IMG/VR virus record: IMGVR_UViG_3300010274_000002
DNA: 64,000 nt
Source: a virus
Strand: one strand, 5' to 3'
Part shown: positions 9,835 to 19,158 of the stretch, piece after piece
Numbering within the stretch: position 1 is the first letter of the stretch
Layout of the letters: the number at the start of each line of letters is the position of its first letter
Notes under the pieces: model-generated
What the model was told of the DNA's origin: nothing
Databases searched by the model: none
Seen by the model: only the letters and a program-made list of their open reading frames with translations
Made by a program: the position numbers and the translations under genes

Positions 9835-10421
9835 CCAAGCAGAACACGGTACATATGGCGGCGATTGTTGTAGTGCTGGGCTTGCTGCTTGCGGGCGAGG
9901 GCTTTGCGGGCGCGGCGGAGCTTCAGCAGGTGCAGGCCAGGGTCGATGTAATGGTCGGCCAGGCGAACAATCATGTGTTTGTGTATGTGACGAATTTCGA
10001 TGTTGCGCGTGAGTTCCAGGGCGTGGTTGACCTTCGTTTCGGAGTCACGCCGGCCTTTATCGTCCCCCCGATGAGCACAGAGGTTCGCGATTTCGAGTGC
10101 AGAGCGTGGCCGGATGGATACGACGTTCAAGGCCGCATGGTGCAGGTATGGCCGCGGAGCAGGACGTACGACATCGTGGCATTTGTTCCGGGCTGGCGGT
10201 ATGTGACTTTGCACGTGGTCGCGAGTGATGTCCCGACGGCCCTCGAAGAAGTTGGCCAGCACTGCGAGCAGGTGTACAGGGGCCGGCTTGACGGCTTTCA
10301 GGTGTTCGTGTACCCGGCTGAAGCGCGTTCGGCGGCTGAAGCGAGGGACATCGACGGGGCTCGGGCGGTGTTGCGGCGGAATTTCAAATCGGGGCTGTGT
10401 TATCAGGCGCTGAGAGGGTGA
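9831..10421 (+). CDS. hypothetical secreted or membrane protein
   Basis: Overlapping start/stop with the previous gene; hydrophobic IVVVLGLLLAGEGFAGA signal-peptide-like stretch. Confidence 0.6.
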   Translation: MTKQNTVHMAAIVVVLGLLLAGEGFAGAAELQQVQARVDVMVGQANNHVFVYVTNFDVAREFQGVVDLRFGVTPAFIVPPMSTEVRDFECRAWPDGYDVQGRMVQVWPRSRTYDIVAFVPGWRYVTLHVVASDVPTALEEVGQHCEQVYRGRLDGFQVFVYPAEARSAAEARDIDGARAVLRRNFKSGLCYQALRG

Positions 10422-10426
10422 TTCGG

Positions 10427-10717
10427 ATGGTTGCCATGAAAGTGAACCGCATTAACCTCCTAGAGTTCAACCGAATCACATTTCTGTGCGAGAAGTGTGG
10501 TTACGGAATCATATTGGACTTGGAACATACGAACTTTGCCGTGAAGCGCTGCCCCTCGTGCGGAGCGGACTTTAGTAGTGATGCTGAGGAGTGTTTCTAC
10601 AGGCTACGAGATGCCTGTCTTGCTGCTAAAGCGGGCAAAGGGAAGTTCAGGCTGGAATTCGACATAGTCGAGGGCGACGGCGGCATGAGGACGGGTGACC
10701 CTCCATGGTCTCGATGA
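10427..10717 (+). CDS. small Zn-ribbon protein, paralog 1
   Basis: CEKC...CPSC pairs; GAGGGTG RBS before ATG 10427; clearly similar to the next ORF. Confidence 0.7.
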   Translation: MVAMKVNRINLLEFNRITFLCEKCGYGIILDLEHTNFAVKRCPSCGADFSSDAEECFYRLRDACLAAKAGKGKFRLEFDIVEGDGGMRTGDPPWSR

Positions 10718-10959
10718 AAATCAACCGGATCGACCTGTTGGAAGTCAGCCATGTCACCATCAGGTGCCGGAAGTGCGGTTGCGGTTTAATCCTCGACGTG
10801 GAACAGGCTGGCTCTGTCGCGAGGCGTTGCCCTTCGTGCGGCGCCGATTTCGGGAGTAATGCGGAAGAGTGTTTCCGTCGGCTACAGGACGCCCATTTCG
10901 CCGCCAAGGCTGCCGGTGACAAGTTCAAGATCGAGTTCGATACTGAAGAGAATGGTTGA
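10705..10959 (+). CDS. small Zn-ribbon protein, paralog 2
   Basis: CRKC...CPSC pairs; shares MK.NRI.LLE, CPSCGADF, AEECF.RL, KF..EFD with paralog 1. Confidence 0.7.
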   Translation: MVSMKINRIDLLEVSHVTIRCRKCGCGLILDVEQAGSVARRCPSCGADFGSNAEECFRRLQDAHFAAKAAGDKFKIEFDTEENG

Positions 10960-10986
10960 AGAAGATAGCTGAGTTCAAGTCATCTT

Positions 10987-11015
10987 GCCGTCCTGGGAGA
11001 CCGGGGCGGCTTTTT
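10987..11015 (+). terminator. intrinsic terminator
   Basis: GCCGTCCTGG-GAGA-CCGGGGCGGC stem with GNRA loop followed by TTTTT. Confidence 0.75.
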
Positions 11016-11049
11016 CGTGCGCGGAAATCGCGTTACGGGGTTGAGGGCC

Positions 11050-14000
11050 GTGCGGATAACAGACATCACTGCCGAAGCGCTTGCGGAAACGAATGATAAA
11101 GAGCTCCTTTCCCTCCATCGACGCTGTCATCAGCTTGCCGGGTCTTTGTTCGCCACCGCTCGCGAGAGGGCCGAGGACGATGATGAGGGCAAGGTCACAT
11201 GGGAGGACCTCGTGAACGCTCACGCCCTCATCGCCGCTGAAATGGAGGCAAGGGAGATGAACCACGACGTCCGCGACAGGCTTGACAGGGAGAGCGCGAG
11301 GGTGGAGAAGGGCGCCGTGTCGCTGGAATATCTGAAGGCCCGCCTCGCGGAGGCTCAAGACGTAGTGGTCGTTGAGAACTTCATTTCCATAGCGGGGAGT
11401 GTGGTGCAGAAGGGTGAGCGCGCCGGGGACGTGGACCTCGTGATACGCCAGGACAGGCGGGACACCAGTCTTGAGATCCTTACTCGAAAGGTGTTTGACC
11501 CGGAGAAGCAAGGCTACTTGCACTGGGTGTATCAGGCGTCCGGGCCGCACGCGGATTACATCCCAGCATTTGACCTGGTCCTTCGGCCGAAGAAGGAGTT
11601 CAAGGTCCATACAGTCAAGGCTGGCCTGAAACCCATTACGCGATACACGCCTTCCAAGCCCGCCATGATGGGCTTCACTGAGTTCTTCTCGGCGGACGAG
11701 CTCTGGGAGAAGTGGGCGAGCAAGCAGGGCGTGCCCCTTTATGTTTCCCCCAAGGTGGACGGGTTCCGCTGCATCATGCAGAAAGCCGGGGATAGAGTCA
11801 GCATATATTTTGAGGATTCGAAGGAGGAGAGGTCGGACAGGCTTCCCTCCTTAAAAAATGCCCTTCTGGATGCCCCCGACTGCATCATAGAGGGGGAGCT
11901 TCAAGCTGCGAAGGACAGGAAGTTTCTCGCAAGGCCGCAGGTGTTCTCCATGCTTGCCGGGCAACTTGAGGCCCAGCCTTATGTTTTCCTCTACGACCTC
12001 CTTTACGTGGAGCCAGAAGGTGATGTACACGAGAAACCATTCTCGGAGCGGTACGAGCTTCTGAAGTCGCTCGGGAAAAAGCTCGGCGAGCGCTTCGTCG
12101 TACTGCCCCAGCTTCTTGTGAAAGGCGAGGGTGAATTCAAGCGTGCTGCAAAGGAGATGGTTTCGTGGCAGCCTTTCCGTGGAGCCGGTCTCGCCATAGA
12201 AGGCGTTGTAGCTCGAAGGAGCGACATGGCATACACCTTCGCCGCGACTGACGATTACGCCAAATTCAAGACGTGGTGCGAGCTGAAAGTCAAAGTCCTT
12301 AAGGTGGAGAAGACGGCGAACGGTTACGTGTATGAATGCGCTCTCCGGGACGATGAGACCGGGGAGGACGTGGTGCTGGGCAAGACCTTCGTGAGCAAGG
12401 AGAAGCTTGCAAGCGAAGGGGACACTCTGAACGTCATGGTCGAGGAACTGCTCCTTTACCCCGACGGGAAGGTGGCCTGGGGGAAGCCCTATCCCATGGG
12501 ACCGGACAGGTCGAGGCCGGCGTACACCGTGTCCCAGGCCATTGATATTGCACGAAGGGGTAAGGTGCTCAAGGAACTCCAGCAGGCGAGCAAAGAGGAA
12601 TCGGCGGGGGAGGTTGTCGAGCGACGCGTTAAGGACGCATACCTCCGGAAGCTGACGGCGGGCGGGTTCAAGCCGGGAGCTGACTATACTCTGCATGAGA
12701 TTGGCAGCACAGAGCGTGGCTATCTCTACCGAGTGGATGACGGCTACGGCGAGTGGTACCTCCTTGCCGCACCGGAGCGCGTGCATTTCATTGCCGTGAA
12801 GATGGCTGATGTCCAGGCCTTCTCTGCAGGCAGGCTTCTCAAGGGCGTGCTCACGAAGGAGCGAGTGAAGGAGCTGGGGTGGAGCACGGATGCCTGGGAT
12901 CGGGCTTTGCTCAAGTGGTTCGGTGGCAATACTGCTGCAGGAGCAGCACAGGGCGATGCGGACGCAGTAGCAAAAGCTTTGTCAAAACCTTTCAGCTCGC
13001 CAGGAGGCAAAGACGCTTGGGTTAAGTTGTTGCTAGCCAAGATACCAGTTCACAAGGTCTACGTCGAGCCATACGCAGGCGGGGCGAGTCTATTCTGGGC
13101 CAAGGAGCCTTCCGAGAAAGAGGTTCTTTCGGATATCGATCCGGATGTGGTGGCTGTTTATAAGTTCCTGCAATCAGCTTCCGACGATGACTTCGAGTGG
13201 ATGCGCAAGCAGAAGTGGGAGTGGTCGCCGAGCCATTTCAAGCTGTTGAAGGAATCCGAGCCAAGAAGCCTGCGAGAGCGGGCATACAGGTACAAGCATC
13301 TTAACCTGTTCAGCGTGCGCGGAGATGGTGAAGTCCTTTACACAACAGACAGGGCCCGGGGGCTTACGGGCCAGGCGTTCCTGCGGAATCTCGAAAAGTA
13401 TCGGGATCGGTTGCGTAACGTGACAATCCTTCAGCGTGACGCACTAGCAGTGATGAAGACATATGACTCACCCGATACGTTTTTCTACATTGATCCTCCT
13501 TGGAAACCGGTAGGAACGGGAAAGGAGTGGCACGACTTTGACGAGACGACTTTCGTGGAGGCTGTGCTGGCCCTGAAGGGAAAGGTTCTGATATCGTACC
13601 AAGGGACATTACCGCTTGCGGACTGGCACAAGAAGAGCTACACGCGAGCGGGCGGGGGGATTGCGGCGAACAGCAAGCAGACCTTGTATTGGAATTACGA
13701 CGAGCGGAAAGCTACAGCTAATAAGGCAGCGGCAGCCCCAGCAGACGAAGGTGAGACCCGCGGCGAAAGGGCGGAGAAGTTCTGGAAGGAGAACTGGCAC
13801 AAGCTCTACCCGAAGTCCGGAAAGGGCAGGTTCGTGCTGCACGAACATTGGAGGGGCCTGAGCGAAGATGAGGTGAACCTTCCCAGGGAGGAACTCATAA
13901 GGCGAGGGCACTCATTGCACAGCGACCTGCGCCTGGAGTCAGACGGCGTCCTCCACGGGTGGACCGTGTTCCTCGGGAAGGCAGAAGACAACGCAACGAA

Positions 14001-14919
14001 CCGGCTCGTGTCGCTTCCGCCGGACGACAACCTCCAGGTGGCCCCGAAGCTGGCGCAGCCGAAGGGGTGGCTCACGTTCGAGGGAGTGTCGGAGCCGGGC
14101 GAGGTGGGCGCGACCACCGGCAAGTACGCGCGCTTCGACATCGCGGACTCTGGGACGTACGAGGCGGGCGTGTGGCGCGAACATGCCGTGGAGTACTTCT
14201 TCCACGGCAAGAAGCTCAAGGGAAGGCTCCTCGTGCAGTACGCGCCGCTCGGCGGCCGCAGGGTGTGGATCATAGACCGGCCGGAAGACCAGAAGCCGTA
14301 CGCCGAAAGCCACGGCCTTGGGGATGTGGTGCAGGAACTAAAAGAGAAGGGCCAAAAGTGGCTTTGGTGGAAGAAGCCTGGCGAGAAGCCCCGATTGATA
14401 GATGTCGGGGCTTTCGAGTTTAGGAAGGCCTCCGCCCGCAGAACCGTCCCGATCGCCAAGGTGGACGCGGCGAGGCAGATAGTCTACGGCATCGTGCTGG
14501 ACCCTTACATCGTGGACTCCCAGGGCGACTGGGTGCCGGTGCTCGAGGTCGAGAAGGCCGCGCACAGGTACTTGGTGAAGTCGCGCACCATAGGAGACCA
14601 GCACCAGAAGAAAGCCGACGCCGAGCTCGTCGAAAGCTGGCTCGTGCCCTACCCTACGCCCGAGGACTATCGGAAAGCGATAGCCGGGGAGCCGCACAAA
14701 GTGTATCGGCTCAAGTTCGGGGAAAGCGAGGTGCACTCGGGCGCGTGGGTCGTAGGCATCCACGTCATCTCAAAGCGGTTGTGGCAGGAGGTTCAGTCGG
14801 GCGCGAAGACGGGTCTCAGCATCGGCGCGGTAGGCGAGCGGACGCGCAACGTGACGCAGGCTTTGCCGGAATTCGAGGTGGTCGAGCCCGAGGAGACGCC
14901 CGTGTTCACGGCTGGGTAG
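11050..14919 (+). CDS. multidomain fusion: nucleotidyltransferase-like, ATP-dependent DNA ligase, Dam-like adenine methylase, LigD phosphoesterase-like, XkdF-like prohead protease
   Basis: GSVVQKG...GDVDLVIR; SPKVDGFR, EGELQ, FLYDLLY, EGVV; EPYAGGASLFW and YIDPPW; RFVLHEH...HSDLRLE; IAKVDAARQIVYGIVLDPYIVDSQGD. GTG 11050 has an RBS; ORF track starts at 11017. Confidence 0.85.
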   Translation: MRITDITAEALAETNDKELLSLHRRCHQLAGSLFATARERAEDDDEGKVTWEDLVNAHALIAAEMEAREMNHDVRDRLDRESARVEKGAVSLEYLKARLAEAQDVVVVENFISIAGSVVQKGERAGDVDLVIRQDRRDTSLEILTRKVFDPEKQGYLHWVYQASGPHADYIPAFDLVLRPKKEFKVHTVKAGLKPITRYTPSKPAMMGFTEFFSADELWEKWASKQGVPLYVSPKVDGFRCIMQKAGDRVSIYFEDSKEERSDRLPSLKNALLDAPDCIIEGELQAAKDRKFLARPQVFSMLAGQLEAQPYVFLYDLLYVEPEGDVHEKPFSERYELLKSLGKKLGERFVVLPQLLVKGEGEFKRAAKEMVSWQPFRGAGLAIEGVVARRSDMAYTFAATDDYAKFKTWCELKVKVLKVEKTANGYVYECALRDDETGEDVVLGKTFVSKEKLASEGDTLNVMVEELLLYPDGKVAWGKPYPMGPDRSRPAYTVSQAIDIARRGKVLKELQQASKEESAGEVVERRVKDAYLRKLTAGGFKPGADYTLHEIGSTERGYLYRVDDGYGEWYLLAAPERVHFIAVKMADVQAFSAGRLLKGVLTKERVKELGWSTDAWDRALLKWFGGNTAAGAAQGDADAVAKALSKPFSSPGGKDAWVKLLLAKIPVHKVYVEPYAGGASLFWAKEPSEKEVLSDIDPDVVAVYKFLQSASDDDFEWMRKQKWEWSPSHFKLLKESEPRSLRERAYRYKHLNLFSVRGDGEVLYTTDRARGLTGQAFLRNLEKYRDRLRNVTILQRDALAVMKTYDSPDTFFYIDPPWKPVGTGKEWHDFDETTFVEAVLALKGKVLISYQGTLPLADWHKKSYTRAGGGIAANSKQTLYWNYDERKATANKAAAAPADEGETRGERAEKFWKENWHKLYPKSGKGRFVLHEHWRGLSEDEVNLPREELIRRGHSLHSDLRLESDGVLHGWTVFLGKAEDNATNRLVSLPPDDNLQVAPKLAQPKGWLTFEGVSEPGEVGATTGKYARFDIADSGTYEAGVWREHAVEYFFHGKKLKGRLLVQYAPLGGRRVWIIDRPEDQKPYAESHGLGDVVQELKEKGQKWLWWKKPGEKPRLIDVGAFEFRKASARRTVPIAKVDAARQIVYGIVLDPYIVDSQGDWVPVLEVEKAAHRYLVKSRTIGDQHQKKADAELVESWLVPYPTPEDYRKAIAGEPHKVYRLKFGESEVHSGAWVVGIHVISKRLWQEVQSGAKTGLSIGAVGERTRNVTQALPEFEVVEPEETPVFTAG

Positions 14920-14937
14920 GTAGAGGGGTGATGTTTA

Positions 14938-16002
14938 TTGGGCGTCAACAAGCTGGCGAATCTGGACGTCTCGGAGATATCGCTCGTGGACAGGGCCGCC
15001 AACAAAAGGCGGTTCTTGTTTTTCAAGGCAAAGGGAGGTGACGGGAACGTGGGCAAGGACGTTGTCGAGCTTGATCTCGAAGACGAAATGGACGAGGAAG
15101 AGAGCCTCAGCGAAGAAATCGAGAAAGCCGTGGACGAGAAAAAGCTGAAGAGCGCGGTGCAGGCGCTTGTCAGTGCTCTCGGGCAGACGGAGATTCCGGA
15201 CAAGGCCGCCAAAGCCCTCAAGCAGCTAGCCAAGCTGGTGGGCCTGGACGCCGAGGAGTACGGGTACGGTTACGGGTATCCGGCGCCGCAGAAGGCGAAG
15301 GCTGAAAAGAGCCTTCTCGACCGGATCAAGGCCCTCGTGTTCCAGCACGAGACGGAGTCCGTGAAGAAGGCCGCCGAATTCGAGACCGCGATGGCGGCGC
15401 AGGAGAAGACCCAGGACATCTCGACGGCTATCTGGCTGTTGCAGGACATAATCCGGGGGATCCTCCAGGACGAAGAGGGCAACAAAGTCGAGCGGGTTAA
15501 GGCGAATGTCGCGGCATTTCAGGGCTACGTGACCGGGCTCCTGGAGCGGGAGGGGGTTCAGAAGGCCCGCGAGGCTTTGGAGAAGGCGGGGCGCAAGATC
15601 AGCGCGGCGCGTCTCGCGAAGCTCAGGGAGACCCACCAGAATCTCGTAAGCCTTGCCGCCGCGCTCGCGGAGCTCATTCAGGAAGCCGAAACGGTCGGCA
15701 CTGAGGAAGGAGGCACGGAAGTGACCAAGGAAGAGCTTGAGAAGTTCAAGGCTGAGGAGCTTGCGCCGGCTGTGGGCGACGCCGTTCAGAAGGCGCTCGC
15801 TCCGCTCGAGGAGAGGATTGCGAAGCTCGAGAAAGCCCACGAAGAGAAGAATCTAGAGGAAACCATCAAGAAGGCGTTGGAGCCGCTCGCCGCAAGGGTC
15901 GAGACCATCGAGAAGTCCAGGGCGGCGTCTCAGAGCATCCCGAACGAAGCCCCGCCTGCAAGCAAGGGGACTTTCACCGGGGTGCTCTTCGGGCGGAAGT
16001 AG
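14938..16002 (+). CDS. capsid scaffold / XkdF-associated head protein
   Basis: N-terminal EISLVDRAANKRRF motif, long Glu/Lys/Ala helical body; lies between protease and major capsid protein. Confidence 0.7.
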   Translation: MGVNKLANLDVSEISLVDRAANKRRFLFFKAKGGDGNVGKDVVELDLEDEMDEEESLSEEIEKAVDEKKLKSAVQALVSALGQTEIPDKAAKALKQLAKLVGLDAEEYGYGYGYPAPQKAKAEKSLLDRIKALVFQHETESVKKAAEFETAMAAQEKTQDISTAIWLLQDIIRGILQDEEGNKVERVKANVAAFQGYVTGLLEREGVQKAREALEKAGRKISAARLAKLRETHQNLVSLAAALAELIQEAETVGTEEGGTEVTKEELEKFKAEELAPAVGDAVQKALAPLEERIAKLEKAHEEKNLEETIKKALEPLAARVETIEKSRAASQSIPNEAPPASKGTFTGVLFGRK

Positions 16003-16039
16003 AGCCGAGAAAAAACACGGATTGAACGAGGGCCAGCAA

Positions 16040-16068
16040 GAGAAGCGCAACTGCGCTTCTCTTTTATC
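16040..16068 (+). other. strong stem-loop with U-rich tail immediately upstream of the major capsid gene
   Basis: GAGAAGCGC-AACT-GCGCTTCTC followed by TTTTATCT. Confidence 0.5.
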
Positions 16069-16093
16069 TTGCGCCGCAAGGAGGTCAGGTTGA

Positions 16094-17032
16094 ATGGACA
16101 ACAACGAGCTTCTGCGGAAGGCTGACATGGTGCTGGCGGACCTCGCCGCCGGCGGCCAGTTGCAGCCGGAGCAGGCGAACAAGTTCATCGACATGGTGAT
16201 CGACACGCCGACCATCTTCAAGAGCGCGCGGGTCGAGAGGCTTTCGGCCAGCAAGAGGATCATCGACAAGATCGGGTTCGACCAGAGGATACTGAGGCCC
16301 GCGGTTGAGAACACGGCGCTTGCGGCCGACCAGCGGGTCAAGCCGAAGACCGGCAAGGTCGAGATCGACACCAAGGAAGTCATCGCCGAGGTGCGGCTCG
16401 GCTACCAGATCCTCGAGGACAACATCGAGGGCAAGAACCTTGAGGATCACATCATGCGGCTCATCGCCGACAGGGTGGCTCTCGACCTCGAAGAGCTCTT
16501 CATCCAGGGCGACACCGCGAGCTCGGATCCGTATCTCGCGCTCATGGACGGGCTCCTCAAGAGGATCACCTCGCACGTGGTGGACGCCCAGAAGGCGACC
16601 ATATCGAAGGCGCTGTGGAAGGAGCTCTTCAAGGCCGTTCCGGTCAAGTACATCCGGAACAAGAAGGAGTGGGGCTTCTACACGAGCCACAGCGTCGAGG
16701 TCGACTGGCGCGACTTCCTCGCTGACCGGGCCACCGGCGCCGGCGACAGGTTCCTCCTCGAGGACGTGCCGGCGGTGGCGTACGGCGTGCCGGTGTACGG
16801 GTGCGCCATGATGCCGGAGGTGGAGGATGGCGCCACGCCACCCAACACGATAACCTCGGCGATCTTCACGCACCCGCAGAACATCATCGTCGGTTTCCAC
16901 CGCGACATATCGGTCGAGACCGACAAGGACATCACCGCTAGGCAGTTCATCATCGTGGTGACCTGCCGCGTGGGCCTCGCGCTCGAGGAAGAGGACGCGA
17001 CGGCTAAGATGATCAACATCAAGGTGGCGTGA
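16094..17032 (+). CDS. major capsid protein (HK97 fold)
   Basis: 312 aa; QLQPEQANKFIDMVID, DLEELFIQGDT, DGLLK, HPQNIIVG pattern typical of P2/HK97-like MCPs; position in head module. Confidence 0.9.
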   Translation: MDNNELLRKADMVLADLAAGGQLQPEQANKFIDMVIDTPTIFKSARVERLSASKRIIDKIGFDQRILRPAVENTALAADQRVKPKTGKVEIDTKEVIAEVRLGYQILEDNIEGKNLEDHIMRLIADRVALDLEELFIQGDTASSDPYLALMDGLLKRITSHVVDAQKATISKALWKELFKAVPVKYIRNKKEWGFYTSHSVEVDWRDFLADRATGAGDRFLLEDVPAVAYGVPVYGCAMMPEVEDGATPPNTITSAIFTHPQNIIVGFHRDISVETDKDITARQFIIVVTCRVGLALEEEDATAKMINIKVA

Positions 17033-17382
17033 TAGCCATGTATAGAGCGACATTGAAAGAAGGGAAGACCTACCACGTCGGCGGGGTCACCTTCACCAGG
17101 GGGACCCCGCGCGTGGTCTCCGACGAACTCGGCGAATACCTTGCGACCTTGCCGGTGTTTGACCTCGAGGCGGTGCCGTGCCATGAGGAGCCTTTGGAAA
17201 CGCTGCACGCAACGAACTTCGCCGTGCTGACCCGCATTGCTGAGTCTGAACAAGACCGGGTGATCCTCGCCAGACCGGCGACTGAACAAGACGAGGTGCC
17301 TCCCGCGGGATCGGCGGTGGAGGCGTCAGAGAAACCGGAGGGTCGCAAGCGCGGGACGAAGCGAGGGAAGCAAGATGCCTGA
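17029..17382 (+). CDS. YqbF-like domain protein
   Basis: MYRATLKEGKTYHVGGVTFTRG...VSDELGEYL resembles the Bacillus skin-element YqbF N-terminal domain. Confidence 0.6.
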   Translation: MIAMYRATLKEGKTYHVGGVTFTRGTPRVVSDELGEYLATLPVFDLEAVPCHEEPLETLHATNFAVLTRIAESEQDRVILARPATEQDEVPPAGSAVEASEKPEGRKRGTKRGKQDA

Positions 17383-17608
17383 GAATGTGAAAAAGGAGTA
17401 CAAGACGACAGACTTGGCCCTCGCAGCCTACATCAAGATGCGGGGCCTCCGTCTTGTCCGGACGGAGAAGGACGAGTTCGAGCGCACGGTGTTTGTGTTT
17501 GACGACGGAATGGACCTTGCGGACGCGTTGCGGGTGGAGTTCGCGAACTCCGAGTGCTGCAAGTTCGACGCAGAGCTCCGGCACTTGAAGAAGCTCATCT
17601 ACAGGTAG
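17375..17608 (+). CDS. DUF5659-like small protein
   Basis: YKTTDLALAAYIKMRG...VFVFD pattern. Confidence 0.55.
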   Translation: MPENVKKEYKTTDLALAAYIKMRGLRLVRTEKDEFERTVFVFDDGMDLADALRVEFANSECCKFDAELRHLKKLIYR

Positions 17609-17617
17609 GCGGTCGTC

Positions 17618-18223
17618 ATGTATGCGACAGTCCCCGAGATACGCGCGGAAGGAGTCACGGCGGAGCAGGCGAGCGACGCCCAGGTGGAGGCCGCCATCAG
17701 GCGGGCGACCGTGCTCATCGACACGCTGACGGGGCAGTGGTTCGAGCCGCAGGACTGCACGTTCAGGTTCGACGGCCCCGGAGCGTCCACGCTCTTTCTC
17801 AAGGTGCCCGTGCTCTCCGTGCGCGAAGTCAAGGTTGACGGTCAGTCCGTCGACTTGGCGGAGGTGGTTGTTTACAACTCCGCGAAGGACAGGCGGAACC
17901 CGAGGCTTTACTACGCGCCGGGATTTCCGAAGGGCAAGGGCAACGTGGAGGTCGCCGGGTCCTTCGGCTACGTGGAGCAGGACGGCTCGACGCCCGAGCT
18001 CATCAGGTACGCGTGCAGGCGTATAGTCGTCTCGTCCCTCGCGCCGCTCGCCGACAGGGACGCGCAGGAGGAGAGGAAGCGCGTCCGCATTGCCAGCGAG
18101 ACGACGGACGGGCACTCGTACACTCTAGTCAAGGACGAGCGGCCGGCGGGCCTGACGGGTGATCCCGAGGTGGACGGCATACTGGCGCAGTACATGGCGA
18201 CGCCTATCCCAGGGAGCGTCTAG
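17618..18223 (+). CDS. head-tail connector/adaptor
   Basis: MYATVPEIRAEG...IDTLTGQWF; SETTDGHSYT; position after MCP. Confidence 0.7.
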   Translation: MYATVPEIRAEGVTAEQASDAQVEAAIRRATVLIDTLTGQWFEPQDCTFRFDGPGASTLFLKVPVLSVREVKVDGQSVDLAEVVVYNSAKDRRNPRLYYAPGFPKGKGNVEVAGSFGYVEQDGSTPELIRYACRRIVVSSLAPLADRDAQEERKRVRIASETTDGHSYTLVKDERPAGLTGDPEVDGILAQYMATPIPGSV

Positions 18224-18225
18224 CG

Positions 18226-18609
18226 ATGAGACCAAGACTCGTGCATCCGACCACAGCGAGGATCGCGCGACTGGACCGGGCCGCGACGCAGTGGGACCCG
18301 GATTTCCGCACGACGACACAGCCGGTGTACGCTCCGCCGGTCGCGGTAAAGGCTCAGGTGCGATACCAGCAGGCAGGCGCGTTCGATATGACTGCCGCCG
18401 GTGAGACTCCCGTCACCATGGGAAGGCTCGTGATGCTGGCTGGCGACTACGCGGCAAGCGGGGGCTTCGCCAAAGGGGACAAGATTGTCGAGATCGGCGG
18501 AGTCGAAACGGAGGCGTACATCGTGGAAGTCCGACCCGCGGCGTTCCAGGACGACGGGAGCCACGGTCTTGTAATGCTCGAGTTCGAGTCGAGGCGAAAA
18601 GGGCCGTGA
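18226..18609 (+). CDS. head closure protein
   Basis: Size and position in the neck module; beta-rich. Confidence 0.55.
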   Translation: MRPRLVHPTTARIARLDRAATQWDPDFRTTTQPVYAPPVAVKAQVRYQQAGAFDMTAAGETPVTMGRLVMLAGDYAASGGFAKGDKIVEIGGVETEAYIVEVRPAAFQDDGSHGLVMLEFESRRKGP

Positions 18610-19148
18610 TACAGAAATACGGCGACTGGGACAAGGCGCTGAAGTTCTTCGAGGACCTCGACAAGCGCTACGAAGCGGCCATCAAGAAGGCGCTGAACCG
18701 CGTCGGGGTCTACGTGCGCGACAAAATCAAGCGAGGCATCCGGGACCAGGCTCCGGGCGGCCAAGCCTTCGCGCCGCTATCCGAGCTGACCATCCGGCGC
18801 AAGGGCAGTTCCAAGGCGCTCATCGAGCACGGGGACCTCATCGGGGCCATCACCTTCAAGGTTGTGGGCAGCGAGGCGGTTTTCGTGGGCATCCTCCGTA
18901 CGGCCTGCGGCAAGGAAGGCGACAGTCTTGTCAACATCGGCGAGGTCCACGAGTTCGGCGCGATCGTGCCTGTGACGCCCAAGCTGCGGGGCTTCTTCGC
19001 GGCGGTGTTCGGAGTGCACTTGAAGCCGACGACGACCGCCTTGAAGATACCGGCGCGCCCCTACCTCAGGCCGGTGCTCGAGGCGGAGGCGGACAAGGTC
19101 ATCGATATCTTCCAGGAAGAGCTTGCGAAGGTGTTCGAAGCAGTGTGA
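18606..19148 (+). CDS. virion morphogenesis / tail completion protein (HK97 gp10-like)
   Basis: VHEFGA...IPARPYLRP motif. Confidence 0.75.
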   Translation: MIQKYGDWDKALKFFEDLDKRYEAAIKKALNRVGVYVRDKIKRGIRDQAPGGQAFAPLSELTIRRKGSSKALIEHGDLIGAITFKVVGSEAVFVGILRTACGKEGDSLVNIGEVHEFGAIVPVTPKLRGFFAAVFGVHLKPTTTALKIPARPYLRPVLEAEADKVIDIFQEELAKVFEAV

Positions 19149-19158
19149 GGCGAGTGCC

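Noticed and set aside
15256-15282. GAGTACGGGTACGGTTACGGGTATCCG (EYGYGYGYP) microrepeat
   Set aside because: Short low-complexity coding motif in the scaffold-like gene; no evidence of phase variation
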